A stretch of DNA of 61,993 nt, the filler included, from Sluysia triapertura (taxonomy: Eukaryota): the NCBI GenBank assembly GCA_046118255.1. It is 5 parts of 5 records of this genome, joined end to end, with 100 filler letters (N's around TTAATTAATTAA, not from the genome) between each part and the next. Parts side by side here need not be neighbours in the genome. Positions count along the whole stretch, not along the records: positions 37,072 to 50,596 come from JBJNIA010034266.1; positions 50,697 to 61,993 come from JBJNIA010186256.1; 3 more parts are not named here. One strand, written 5' to 3'. The notes beneath the pieces were generated by a model, which was not told the DNA's origin, searched no databases, and saw nothing but the letters and a program-made list of their open reading frames with translations. Made by a program: the position numbers and the translations under genes. This document shows positions 38,871 through 51,690 of the stretch, piece by piece; the first letter of the stretch is position 1; each line of letters begins with the position of its first letter.

Positions 38871-39599
38871 ATTAAAACACAGCAACTAATTCTTTTGAAG
38901 ATCGCTTTAAATAAAGTTCAGCAAGAAAATATATGTTAATGTTTTGCTTTTTATTTTCTTATCTTACTTATGCTGTGAGTCCCTTACAATCTTAGACTTA
39001 CTCACTTAAGGGCTAAAATGTAAGCCCATTATCAACTTACGTATTCTATAAAATTTCTCGAGTCGAGGAATATTTCCAAACATCAAGGTGTTTAACAGCA
39101 CGTAGATTGCGTGACGAATTTGAGTTAGTATTCGATAATCCAATTCCACGAGAATGATTGTTTTTTCGCACGAGAATTCCACAAGAAAAATTTTTCAATA
39201 ATTAAGTTTCGTGAATAAGCTTGTCAATATTTTTTTTGTGTGTGCATTTTCACATGAACTAGTCTTTTATATATGTTTTTAACATTGTAGCGAGATAAGA
39301 AAATTTTTTATGTATATTTTATTATTTTTTACTCCATTAATTTCCAATAAAATTATTTCTTTACCACATTAATTTTTGAGTTAAAAAATTTTTTGTGTCC
39401 ATAAAACTTTTGTAAATTTTTATTACTAATATAATTCTTAAAATTTTTATTAAATTTTTTACTAATATAATTTATTAATTTTTTATAAATTTAAATTTAC
39501 AATTTAAAAATCTTTACAATAAAAATTATACAAATTTAGATCATTTGCAATTTAAATATTTGTAAAATTGTTTTGTTTTTATTCTCTACACACATAATC

Positions 39600-39990
39600 C
39601 TCACAATATGTTGGATAACATCACATATGGATTGATATATTTCATCTATCGGGGTGTCACTATTTTTTTGGAGTTAGTAGTACAGGGACTGGATTGAAGT
39701 AGGTAGTTGTTTAGGTTTAGGGTTGACCTGTTGGACCAGGATATTGCATATGAGCTGCAGGGTGGCTTGGATGTCAGGCGTGATAAGGTTTCTTAGGTCA
39801 GAATTTCGTTTGTATTGTAATGCAGCATCGCATATATAGGGTCCGCAGTCAGTTGGTCCAATATGTATAGGATATTGTGTTGGTCGATACCTGTAATCTT
39901 GTAGTACAGGCTATATTGGTAGTGATGTATGGGTAGATACGACATTGCTAACGTATTATTATTATAACTCTTATTATTCTATTACTACTA
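39600..39990 (-). other. GC-richer decayed Pro/Tyr/Gln-rich coding-like island (possibly retroelement gag tail)
   Basis: Minus frame PVLQDYRYRPTQYPIHIGPTDCGPLY ... HPSHPAAHMQYPGPTGQPLNLN with stops. Clearly higher GC than its flanks. Confidence 0.3.
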
Positions 39991-42149
39991 CTGTTATCGC
40001 GATTATAAGAGTTTTGAATTAATAAGTTTTCGTTAAAGCATAAATAACGTCTTTTACTAATGCACTGGAATAAAATTAAAATGAATTATGCATTGCCGTG
40101 CATAAAACTGAGATTTTACCCATAATTCTATAGTCGCAAAAGCTTTTATTTATGAATAAAATTCGGTATACGAAATATTGTAAAAGTACAAGCAAGCATA
40201 TTTCAATCACAGCCGATATTATAATTTAAATGTTAATAAATTGTCGAATTTTACCTATTTTGTTTTTGTATAATTTACATATTTTTAATCATTTTACTAA
40301 ACCAAATATTTTAAAATATAACATACTGTGATTTTATTATCTGGTTCTTATGAAACTTAAATTATTTATCAAAAACATTTTTATCAAATCTTAATTCATC
40401 TGCAGTATCATTGAAATATTTTTCATTAGTTAAAATCAACTATTTCATGTTATTGATGTGTTTCGTACTATTTCGTCGTTATGTATGCTAATTTATTATG
40501 TAAAAGGACCATGCACAAAGTTATTGAGTCGAAATTATAATCTTTTAGTTTTAATTAAATTAATTATTAAATATTCAGGTAAAGTTTTCTCTCCAATTTT
40601 TTTTAATTTAAACATTTTATTTAACCATCGCATACACAAACACAACTAATTAACAAGCATAATTTATCATGCTGTCTCTATCAAGAGTACAAAAATTATA
40701 ATAAGAATAATAATAATTCTACTATAATAATTTTAATATTAATAATTACGTAAAGATAAGAGTACTCATTAGCTATTTATTGTTTTGACCTTATAAGGTC
40801 ATTTGAAAACAAATTAACGTAAATAGCGCAGTGAAGATAATGTTGGTTTTATCTTGACTGAATGTGTGGGTACCTTACGATCGTGCATTTAGTCACTTAA
40901 GGGGCAGTTCATAAGTGTTAGCGAAAAGATAATTAAATGGAAAATAGGTTTGTCAAGTACTTTTTTGCAATTAAGTTCTTTTTTCCGCTGTTACAGCGAG
41001 TTTATTTAGAAGTTTTTTGTATGATCCTGAATTAAATGAAAATTTATTATATTATTATGATATGTAAATAATATCATTTCGATTATCAACTTTCGACTAT
41101 AAATTAAATTTTGTAAATAATATTTATCAATTATAATTTAATGAAATCATTATATTGTAAATTTAGGTATTTGAAAGTATAGTATTGCGAATAACATCAT
41201 TTATAAATTAAATTTTGTATTATTTATTTTATATTAATTATATAATAAAACATTCAATATAAATAATGTTATAATAATAATTAATTAGAACCTTATATGA
41301 AAACCTATTCTGTTTATGTAAATTAAGTCTATTATAATCTGTTCTATTATTTATACAAATTTAATTATGCAAATTAATTATTTATTTATCATCCATATGT
41401 CTATTATCTTAATTGGTAATTAATTAACACAATTAGTTATTGATGTATCCTTATAGTATATAAAGACCAAAAAATGACGCATAAATCAAGCAGACATTCT
41501 AAGTTATTTAAAAATTAGTGGAACGAAGATCCTTCGGAGCTACAAGGAAAAAACTTAACAATTTTAAATACGCTTTCTCCCAGAACCAATTAATTTTGTT
41601 TCTATTCATTTCTATAATCAAGACGCTGTTGTTTTATTTTTTTCTCTTATCAAGAAGCTGATAATCAACTATTTGGCATTTTTATGTATAACAATAAGTA
41701 AGCATGTTGTTTGTAATAATTTTTGCGTCAAAATCTCAGATAAAATCACAGACACTTAAAAAATCCAAGCATTCGCCTGAATCAAAATCTCAGTTAAAAA
41801 TTATATATATTTCATTAACTTTATTCGCAATAATAAAACTTATTCATAATATTTGTTTATTTGACATTTTCTTAACGCTTTGTTTTATACGTTTATCTGA
41901 TAATTGTTTTGTATGTTTGATATATATATATATCAATTTTAGGCGTTTATTTAATAATAAAACTTATTTTTTACGAATTGATTTTTATTATTAATTAAGG
42001 AATTAATAATTGTATAAAATAAAAATTGAATTATTCTGCAAGATAAATAAACTTAAAGAGAACTCCATATTCACAGATAATGCCCCTCATTTTTATAGCT
42101 ATAAAGAATAATTTTAATATTGGTACACTTTTGTATTGTTAGATTTTAA

Positions 42150-42500
42150 AATCAAAGTATATAAAAGGAGAATTTAAACCAAGTTATGAACATAAGGAAA
42201 TAAAGTAAAATAAATTGATATACAATCAATATCAGGATATACTGATCCTCGTTCGTTATACCGCATCAAGAATTAAGATACTCTTTCGTAGGTTTGACTT
42301 TATCTATATATACGTCTTTCTTGAAATATAAATCGTATTGCACAGGCGGACCCATATCATATTGATATCATAATTGTTCCAAACTTGAACAGATAATTTG
42401 GATTATTATATTCCTGGACTTTAAATTACGCTAAAGCTATATAAATTATTCAGTCTGCGTAAGAGAGTAATTTCAACTTCACCAAGTTAAAAAGGCTTCC
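42150..42500 (-). mobile_element. Highly decayed LINE RT remnant
   Basis: LRKPF*LGEVEITL (cf. L..PFT..EV..AL), then a KSPG-like aagtccagga, and a later CGI...GS-like stretch. Confidence 0.35.
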
Positions 42501-43141
42501 TTAATTTCAATATTTTTATTAATTGTTGCACAAAGTTTTATAATAATACTATCAACAAATATAAAAATTAGTTAAATACAATAAATGTTCATTTAGGATA
42601 TCAAAATTTATTTATAATTTCGATAAATATTTTAGTGTTACCAGTTGGTAATAGTAGTATATTCTCATTTTAAAAATTATTTTGAATTTGTAACTGAAAT
42701 ATTGCGGAAAAAACGTAGCAAAAATTAAGTAGAATTTATTTACTTTTATAAAACAGTTTGACTTATGTAATTTAAACTAATAATGATTTTTCAATCACAT
42801 GCAATTGATTATTAGTCTATTAAAGTTCACCAAACCTTGAATTCACGAATTTACAAGAAATGATGATATTTTAACTAAGATTTGTAAATACAATCAATGG
42901 TTTAAAATTTATTAAATTAACTAATAACAATTAGCTCAAAATGTTTTACTAATCAGTTCAAAAAATGTGTTCAACAATTCACTCTAAGTCCATTTATAAT
43001 GATTTTAATGTTTAAGGCGATGACCTTATTTATGACTAATTTGCATAATTAATTAAGATCATTTATAATGTGATATTTTCAATAATAATAAAAATAATAA
43101 TAATAAAATTTTTACAAACAATACATGTAATTTTAATAATA

Positions 43142-43382
43142 TTATTGGGATACAGGCCTAAAGTGCTATACAGTTTAATTAACTATAATTATCTAAAAAT
43201 TGTTAGACAGGGCTGTTAGCTCCGTGGGTAAAGCATCGAACTGCGCAGCGAGAGGTCCTGGTTCAATCTCCGGTGAGTTCATTTTATGAAGTCTAACACA
43301 TCACCCATCTAACAATTGTGTTTTATTAGTCAATTATACTATCATTATTCTAAATGGCACTTCGGGCCTTTACCTCAACATT
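43142..43382. mobile_element. ~240-bp element with long imperfect inverted arms enclosing the tRNA-like core
   Basis: Left arm tattgggatacaggcctaaagtgc...ataatt...aattgttaga versus reverse complement of the right arm tgttgaggtaaaggcccgaagtgc...ataatt...aattgttaga. Confidence 0.5.
43210..43281 (+). ncRNA. tRNA-derived sequence (pseudo-tRNA or SINE head) with Pol III A and B boxes
   Basis: GGGCTGT-TAGCTCCGTGGGTAAAGCA (A box) ... GAGGTCCTGGTTCAATCTCC (B box) ... GAGTTCA; 72 nt. Anticodon and T stems pair poorly (nominal anticodon GCG), so it is not called a functional tRNA. Confidence 0.7.
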
Positions 43383-44869
43383 AATAAAAATGAGTTGAAT
43401 TTTGGATAATAGTTTATGCACATTATTTTTTTTACTATTGCTTGTTAGAAATTATTTTACGATTGACAATTGATTATTCATTAAAATAACTCTTGGAGTT
43501 TTATTTTTAACAGTTTACTTTAAAATGCACTAAAAATAGTGAATTTTATTTGCTCCGATTTAATGAAAAAATTTTTTTATAAAAATTAAAATAAATCATA
43601 ATTTTATATTAAAGTTTAAATTTTATTTTAATATTTATTATTTGAGTAAGCCGTAATTCCTTTTGCTATTGTGCTTAGTGAGTTTATAGTTTATTTTATT
43701 TTTACTACTACCTGATTGTAATAAAATAACATTCAATTTTCTGTTACGTTTTAAAAAATATTTAATTACTCGAATAAAAACGCGCCTAGTTTAGTTATAA
43801 GTCGTATTGTAACGGAGCTTTTTTTAAATTCTAACAATTCTGTTTCAATAAAACAGAAGCATCATTAATATAACATTAATGAGTTATTTTAACAAAAAGC
43901 GCATAATTGGTAATGATTATTACTACATTAAAATTTCGAGTGCATGAAATTTCTTCACAGTGATTAAGTGTAGCCAATAAAAACGAATTAATTTATACCA
44001 AGATAAATTAAATATGAAGGTAACAAATGTAATTATATCATAAACTAGTATTATTGTTATTGAACGTATAAATAAAAAATTAATATTTCCTTTCAGTTAT
44101 AACTATTTATTTTATTAATTGGAATATAATATAAATAATACATTAAAAAAATAACTGACTGTATTAAAAAAATGATCAAAATGAATTAGTGAAATATTAA
44201 ATTGATACTTGAAAGACAATATCTGGAATCAACTGCCAAAAAAATATGCATTAATATGAAAATAAGATATTTAAAAATAGATATTATTTATCATTTTTAA
44301 CAATCTACCAGTTTTTTATAAATTCCTAAAATTATCGTACTTCAAACTCACCGAACTTTATACAAATTAGAGACATTTATGCATAATAATCAATTTAAAA
44401 AAATTACACATTTCATGAACCCTTTTACTAGGCATATGGTTACAATAAGTAACGGGGATTTTCGCCTTTATTTGTAAGGGAAATAAGGGTAATTTTTTAC
44501 TGATCGATTCAGAAGTCTTTCTTCATTATAAACGCGATTGCTGGTCATTTTTTACATTCATAAACATATGCACTTGAAGTGAAGTTGTGTAAAAATAATT
44601 TTTCCTCTTTAATTATAAATGAGCATGAAAATGTTTATTAAATAATGTCATTCTTGGGCGATTTGATTTCGCATCTGAATAGACTAAAAACAATTAAATT
44701 ATTAATAATAATTCAAAATTTGATATTTTACATTTAGAGTGACACCAATTCTAATCATAAAAGGTTGCAAGACAAATCAAAACTCACTTAAGATATCATT
44801 ACATTTATCATTTTAGCTATTAAATAGATATCTTCACGGTTAATCGTTTATTTCCTTACGTATTACACA

Positions 44870-46290
44870 GAAAATCAGACATGCCTGTCGCATGGTTGTC
44901 AGCCGCCTTCCATAAGTGGATCCGACTGGAGTTTAATAAAACATGGTTGAGCCGAACGTAATCGTGTTTGTAAGTAGGATGGATAGGCATTGATTAACAA
45001 GTAATTGTCAAGATATTTCATTCTTATAGTATTATCATCATGTCTTAAGTTGAAATTAAACATATCTGCTGGAGTTGTAAGATACAAAACCTTATTAATA
45101 TTTAAATGCATTTCACTAATGAATCTTACTAAAGCGTTATCATTATTAGACCTGCTTAAAATGATTGTTTCGATTAATATTTTATTTCATCACTTTTATT
45201 TTTACTTTATTTCTTGACTGGTTCATTAAAATTAGATGCTAACTTCAGGCTCGGATTTATTTCATAATTGAATTGAATAAACGTTATTTCTTTACAGCCT
45301 TTATTTCTACCATCATTTAAAATTTCTAGACAATAATACCAAAGAATACTTAATACAAAATTGGCAATAAATAGAATTGCTAATCCATGGCAATTTTCAT
45401 TTATTTGAAATCTAAAATTTAAGGACATGTCAATTTGATAAAGGGCAGATTCATCTACTTCACGAAAAATTACTCATGTGCATTTGATATAGTCATTGTA
45501 ATTGATATATCAAATGTATCTACAACTGGTTGAGATAAGTTTTCTACATTTGCTGCTTCATAAATCAACACCGTAAAAGGACTGTAGGTACCAAAAATTT
45601 GATTTACTTAAAACTTCCATATACTAAACATCAGAAGATGGTGATATACATAAATTGCAATTGCCGGATTGATCATTAGACATAGTCCCCTTGACCTCTT
45701 TAGCATGAGCATATTTTTCAAGCATTCGTACATAAAATAACGTATAACCCATAAGTTCAGAAATAAGAACATAAATTGGTTCTAGACTATTTATTTCATC
45801 AATTTTACGATTAACAACTGTTTTCTAAAGCGGTGTAAGTGTATTTAGACATATTTGTGAATTCTACAGCATATATCTTCTTTGTTCCTGCATGATATTC
45901 AAGAAAACTCAATATACTAGTAACAGCATCAACATCTAGCACCATGTCTTGCGTTGATCATCCAAATTATTTAAAACTTATGACTCATAAGTAGAAACAC
46001 ATACATAATCTTGCATCTTAATTTGTTGTTGATTTAAGTTAAAATAAAATTGAAAATATTGAGTAAAAGAGTACGATAATCAAAGTTATTATTCGGTATA
46101 TTTAGCCAATCTTTAGATAACTGTCTTTTGTTTAATAAGGATTTACATCTTGAAATATTTGAATTGGCTTTTAAGACATCATTAACGTTCTTAAATTCTA
46201 ACAAAAATGAGTTTAATTCAATATCATTACAATTATTATTTTTAAAATGCTCCAAACTAAGTAAATCGTAATCATATCCATTTAATTTAC
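44870..46290 (-). pseudogene. Long decayed ORF (copy E), unknown product, weak Ulp1/C48-protease-like motifs
   Basis: Co-oriented ORF pieces 46034-46255, 45207-45428 and 44899-45111 plus intervening frames: KTWLDVDAVTSILSFL, GTYSPFTVLI, RFQINENCHGLAILFIANF and YPSYLQTRLRS. Confidence 0.4.
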
Positions 46291-46749
46291 ATCAAATTCA
46301 ACAAATTACATATTACATAAAATTAAATATAAAGACTTAACTTTTAACTTCATGATAAATTTTTATTCGTGAAATTTTTGCTAGCTATTACTTTTTTCGT
46401 GCTGTATCGCCTATCTTTTCATATATTAAGTTAACCAAAACATTTTTTTCAATTCTGACGTCAATTCTTCACATTGTCGTAATAATTTTTTTACTATTAC
46501 TTGCCTTCGACTTTTTATAGGCCTTTTCCATTTTTGCTTCATTAATATTGTGCTCCATTATAAATTTTTTAATTACTTTTCTCCAATGAAATGTTGATTG
46601 GCACTGACCTATACTGATTCTTGATACCAATATAATTTTATTTTATTATGTGGCTATTATTATTACTATTATTATTATGATCAAGATTATTATTAATGAC
46701 TTCATTACTAATTTACTCTATCTTTTACTTAATTTTTTTTACTTATTTT

Positions 46750-47290
46750 ATTCTTTAAGATAAACATAAAAGAAACACATTTTTTGATATTTAAATCTAA
46801 GGTATAGAGTATGAAGTATGGAAGCTTCACAGATGATCTCTGAGAGTTGTTAAGAATGAGTTTCATTGACCGTCTTAGAGTTCAAATGTTTCTTTTCGCC
46901 TGATGAATTTTTTATATGTAGCACTTGAATTTTAAATATTCTGTTTGTGAATTTTCTAAATATTGTTAATTTTCTTCTGTGAAATATTATTAAGTATTCT
47001 AGAAACGTACATCTGAAGTGAATTCAATAGGTTATGTTGTAATATTGCTTTAATATTATATAAGGAGAAATTGTTCGAGTTTGTGGATGATTTATAGGGT
47101 TAGTTTGTCTAGTGTAACATTATTGCCAAATGATTTAAAGTTAAAATGTTTTATTGAATAATGTTGCGAGTTTCTTGATTGCAAAGGTTGTGTTGTATAG
47201 AATTCATGAAGGACTAAGAATATGTGATTTAAATTGGGAATTTTGTTAATGATGTTATGAGTAAAAGATTCATTATGTATTTATTCAGTA
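46750..47290 (-). repeat. C-rich strand-skewed repeat, copy E
   Basis: G-rich plus strand. tgtgatttaaattggg matches ~26645 gggatttaaattggc. The minus-strand end motif tgtttatcttaaagaataaaataa resembles copy C. Confidence 0.45.
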
Positions 47291-48034
47291 ATAAAATCTA
47301 ATGGCTCATGAAATGAGCCAACGCAGCATCATTTAAAAGTATTTTGTGTTCGTCTTAGGTAGAAACAACAAACGCAAAATGAGCCCCAATTTAACAAATC
47401 GGTGTTTAATTATCGTCAAATGCCCAGCAATAGGAATTCCCTTATAAAGTCGCCCAAAATTTTTCCGTAGGACAAGATAACTTTTACATACATGAATCTG
47501 CTCTAATATTTGAATTTGAGAATAAAATTATTCAATATTTTTCAGAAGGCATACTGTTACCTGAGTTTTTTTGCTTATTATTTAATCAGTCCAATTGCTC
47601 TAAATTACATCACTTTAATTTTACTGATTTTTCTTTATAATTTATAAAATGTAAAATATTCAAACATAAGTTATAATACTCGTTAGAAAAAAGTTATTTT
47701 AAGTGGGATCCAGAAAGACCATATGTTTTGTTTCTATGGTGAAAATTTTAGTGAAATTTTTCAAATTACTTTTTTAAAAAAGTTAACGTAATTTTGTAAT
47801 TTAATATATTGTAATTAAGCAGCATCGAAAATAAAATAACAAATTAAACTAAATTAAAATGCATCCATTTTTCTTGTAAATAATAAATATTTAATCATTT
47901 TTAGAATTAAATATCACCTTAAGTTTGTTTTCAATTTATTAATATAATTACTCAAGTAATCTTTAGGCGATACTAAAATATAAATATAATAATATTAACT
48001 GAGATTTAAAATAAATATTAATAAAACTTACAAA

Positions 48035-48720
48035 TCATTTACAATGGTAATCATAGTGACAAACTTCGGCAATGATGATGGACAGAACGAAAATTAAAAC
48101 AAAAAATGATACGACAATAATAAACAAATTATTTTTTCTAATTAAACTTAGAAATTTATTATTTCGTTTATCCCTAATTAAGGAAACATTTTCAAAATTC
48201 ATCTAAAAGGTATCTAATTAGGATAAGAAGTTACCGAATATTGTGTATTTTCTTGTAAGATAAAATCATAATTTGATAAATTTATATTTATGTCTTCTAA
48301 AAAAAGTATTAAATAAATAACAATTAACCGAATTTTCTTATTCTAGAGTCATTCAGACAGTACCTTTTCTTATGCTTATTTAAATTATTGTAACTAGACA
48401 TATACTTCAATAGTACTTTTAGCATTAAAGGTTTACAATTATATTTATTATAATTCTTTTTCCATTTACCTTTTATTTTTTCCGAGTAAAGAAATGATCT
48501 AGGGCGATCAAAAATCAAAATCTGTTATACACAAAAATAATGTTCTATCATTAATAATATAGTGGACACGAATATCATCATTAACAAACGTTGCGCATTC
48601 ATTTCTAAAAGTTATTCTATTAATCAAATCTTCACATAGAGGAATAAAATTATATAATTCATGAGATTCATAACATATAATACGACGATTAACAGATATC
48701 AATGAAAATATAATAGGCAT
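48035..48720 (-). pseudogene. VAMP7: VAMP7-like longin membrane protein, 3 exons (48720-48329, 48296-48235, 48202-48035), two frameshifts
   Basis: MPIIFSLIS...NFIPLCEDLINRI...VHYIINDRTLFLCITDFDFDRPRSFLY (cf. VAMP7 MAILFAVV...NFLEVTEQILAKI...FHYICQDRIVYLCITDDDFERSRAF). Two 32-nt GT-AG introns. C-terminal TM FIIVVSFFVLIFVLSIIIAEVCHYDYHCK*. Extra T at ~48511 and a second shift in exon 3. Confidence 0.8.
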
Positions 48721-48779
48721 AAAAAAATTATTGGTGAAAAATATTAAAATCTAACAATAATAAAAAAAGTAAAAATAAT

Positions 48780-49148
48780 AATGACAAAAGGAGAGAGAGT
48801 GTAAAAGTTTACACAAGGTTGATAAAGTAAGAGAAGGTGATTACGGCGGACTAAAGGTGGTGTTAATAATAACTTATGGTAATTTTATAAAGTTATAATT
48901 TATTTAAAGTAGAGTAAATTACATATATTATATATTGTTTAAGTTATAGAAAAATATATTATATTTTATTTAGATTATTATATGTTGGTGTAGTATGTGA
49001 TGGAGGTTTGTGGTTGTGTTAGGAGTTTATGTGTAAGTTGAACACTACAATATAAATATTACTTATAAAGTGAAAAGATAGAGAGTTTATACAGGTAAAA
49101 GTTTATACGATATAAGGTACATAATTACTAGAAAATTCAAGTTGTTAT

Positions 49149-49205
<57 letters not shown>

Positions 49206-49210
49206 TAATA
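48780..49210 (-). repeat. C-rich strand-skewed repeat fragment plus (AAT)n microsatellite (49151-49205)
   Basis: G-rich plus strand. Reverse complement cacataaactcctaacacaaccac resembles ~18223 cacataaacctcatcacaaac. Confidence 0.4.
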
Positions 49211-50140
49211 CTAATAAAAAGATATTTAAATTATCAATGAATACCAAAAGCTTGAGTTAGCAAAAGTTAAGAAGTTATTACATAACATTAAAAGAGTAAT
49301 AACATTTTGTAATTCACATATTAAAGAGTTCTAAATTTTATGTTCGTAAAGAACTATAGTCAAAATTAGAACACAGTAAGAATATTGATAAAAAGATTTA
49401 GAATATTAATAAGAAAAAGAATCCATAAAGAAACTTATATTCATTACAAACATATTAAATCTATAGAACATAAGGAAGCAGTTGAAGACATTTAATTTTT
49501 TTATGGAGAACTACGTTTAACTTGAATTTTAAATTTTTTACACTATCAATAATACCAGTTATTGTATGACCATCACAAATATATTTACTTATATTGTTAA
49601 TTACAACTTTAATTAAGATAATATTTGTTAATGTCATCATTATTTGAATAATACTTTTTTATATACAAAATTAATTCTTCATACTTTCATATTCTGAATT
49701 TTTTAATAATACTTTGAATATTCAGTGCATTTTCAATATTTTTTTATCTTTATCCAATATTAAAACCTTTCTGTATCTTTTATTAAGATTAATGGTTTTT
49801 CTGATTAAATTGATTGTTACCTAATTTTTATTTTCATTTGATTTTTTCATCCGTTTATTCTTTTTATCATCAATCTAGATACAATTTAAAGTTGATAAAT
49901 TTTCACTTAAAGAAATGTCCACTGTTTTTTAATTACTTTCTTTTACGAAACATATTTCACTAATATAATAAATGACTTTCATCAAATAATTTATAAATTT
50001 CACTACTTTTTATTAACAAATTATCTTATTTTATTTTCTTAGTATTTTCTATTTTTACCGTCTAATATTTACTTTAAATATTTACCATTCGATTCACACA
50101 ATAAATACTTCATTTCCAAACTATCAAAAAACTTAAATGA

Positions 50141-50189
<49 letters not shown>

Positions 50190-50596
50190 TCAAATAAATC
50201 ATTTTTATCAAAAAAAACAAAAATAGAGCACATTAATTTCAATTTATAATTATTATAATAAAGAATAATTTATCATTCACTGTTTATAAAATGCTATACC
50301 AAATGCAAAAGCACATAAATAACAAAATAACTTGTTTCATAAATTAATATAATATATTTATAATTTTAAAATAATCTTTATAAAACATAAAATCAAACAT
50401 TGTAAGTAATTTTTATAGTTTTAAAATTAAAATAATTTTTAATTATTTATAATTTTTCGTTTTAAATATTTAATTACAAAGTTTAACAAATATATCAATT
50501 AATTTTATGAAGAAACTTGTTTATTTTTTAATTGGCAAGCTTGTGCTTTTTAATTTATTGAGAAATAATTGTGCACATGTGCATATCGTATGTCTA

Positions 50597-50696
50597 NNNN
50601 NNNNNNNNNNNNNNNNNNNNNNNNNNNNNNNNNNNNNNNNTTAATTAATTAANNNNNNNNNNNNNNNNNNNNNNNNNNNNNNNNNNNNNNNNNNNN
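50597..50696. other. Artificial contig linker
   Basis: 44 N + TTAATTAATTAA + 44 N. Confidence 0.97.
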
Positions 50697-50743
50697 TAAG
50701 TTTATTATTCAATTATTATTCAACTACATCATTATCATTATTA

Positions 50744-50803
<60 letters not shown>
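50744..50803. repeat. (AAT)n microsatellite
   Basis: Perfect trinucleotide run. Similar runs at 1853-1898, 26231-26262, 33132-33167 and 50142-50188. Confidence 0.95.
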
Positions 50804-50804
<1 letters not shown>

Positions 50805-51355
50805 TTAAAACTTAAATAATGCATAAAAAATTAATGAACAGGTAATGCTCAACAATAATATTTTATTTCTATCTCCTACAAAAGTAAACAAATAAGTTGA
50901 AAAGGTATCTAACATAAATCTTAAGAAAAATATATATAAAAAAATTACAAATAAAAGCAAAATAAATAAGGTTTGATCTCTGAAACGAGTCAATGAAAAG
51001 TAAAAATCTTTTTGTTAATCGTACAAACAAGTAATAACTTTTATCTTAAACATGGATCTTCTCTTTTTCCATGGTTATATCAAGAAAATTAATTTAACTG
51101 AAGTATTTTTAAATTATCTGCATCGAAATGTTTCGTAAAATTTCGATATTCACATTACTGATGAATTTCACCGTAGTACATTGTTACATGTGCTACTTCT
51201 CATTGCTGAATCAAAATGATTTTCAAATAATTTTAATTAAATTAATTAATAAATGTATTTTTAAATTTTTATAAACATTAGAGAAAGTTTACTCCCATCT
51301 TTTCTTTTTAGTTTGAATATACATACAAACAAATTTATATATATCATGATATTTA

Positions 51356-51690
51356 TTACTTTTTAATAATCATCTTTTGCGCTCCTACTTCTTTTGTATT
51401 ACAAGCAATATAATATTGCTAAAGTATTGTAAATAATGTTGAAAATAAAAAAATTCCAAATGTATTGTACATAAAATTGTATTGTACATACTTTACGATA
51501 TCTACAAATATCCGAAAATCTACGAATATTCACCTTATAAGCGACTAACAAATGGCTAAAATCTCCAAAAGTATCTTCATAAACCTCTTTAAATAACAAG
51601 ATAGAAATAAACAGAAAAGTATAAAATATTGCAATAATTCATCACACTTACTTAGTTTCCAAAGAACACCAATAAAGCATGGAAAAACTA
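51356..51690 (-). pseudogene. Small spliced orphan gene or gene remnant (exons 51690-51652, 51586-51492, 51418-51356)
   Basis: Canonical donors (gtaagt, gtatgt) and acceptors give 65- and 73-nt introns with matching phases: VFPCFIGVLWKLK VYEDTFGDFSHLLVAYKVNIRRFSDICRYRK QYYIACNTKEVGAQKMIIKK*. A further donor/acceptor pair lies at 51292-51207. Confidence 0.4.

Noticed and set aside
43210-43281. Functional tRNA-Arg(GCG)
   Set aside because: Anticodon and T stems do not pair properly, and a GCG anticodon is atypical in eukaryotes; treated as tRNA-derived.
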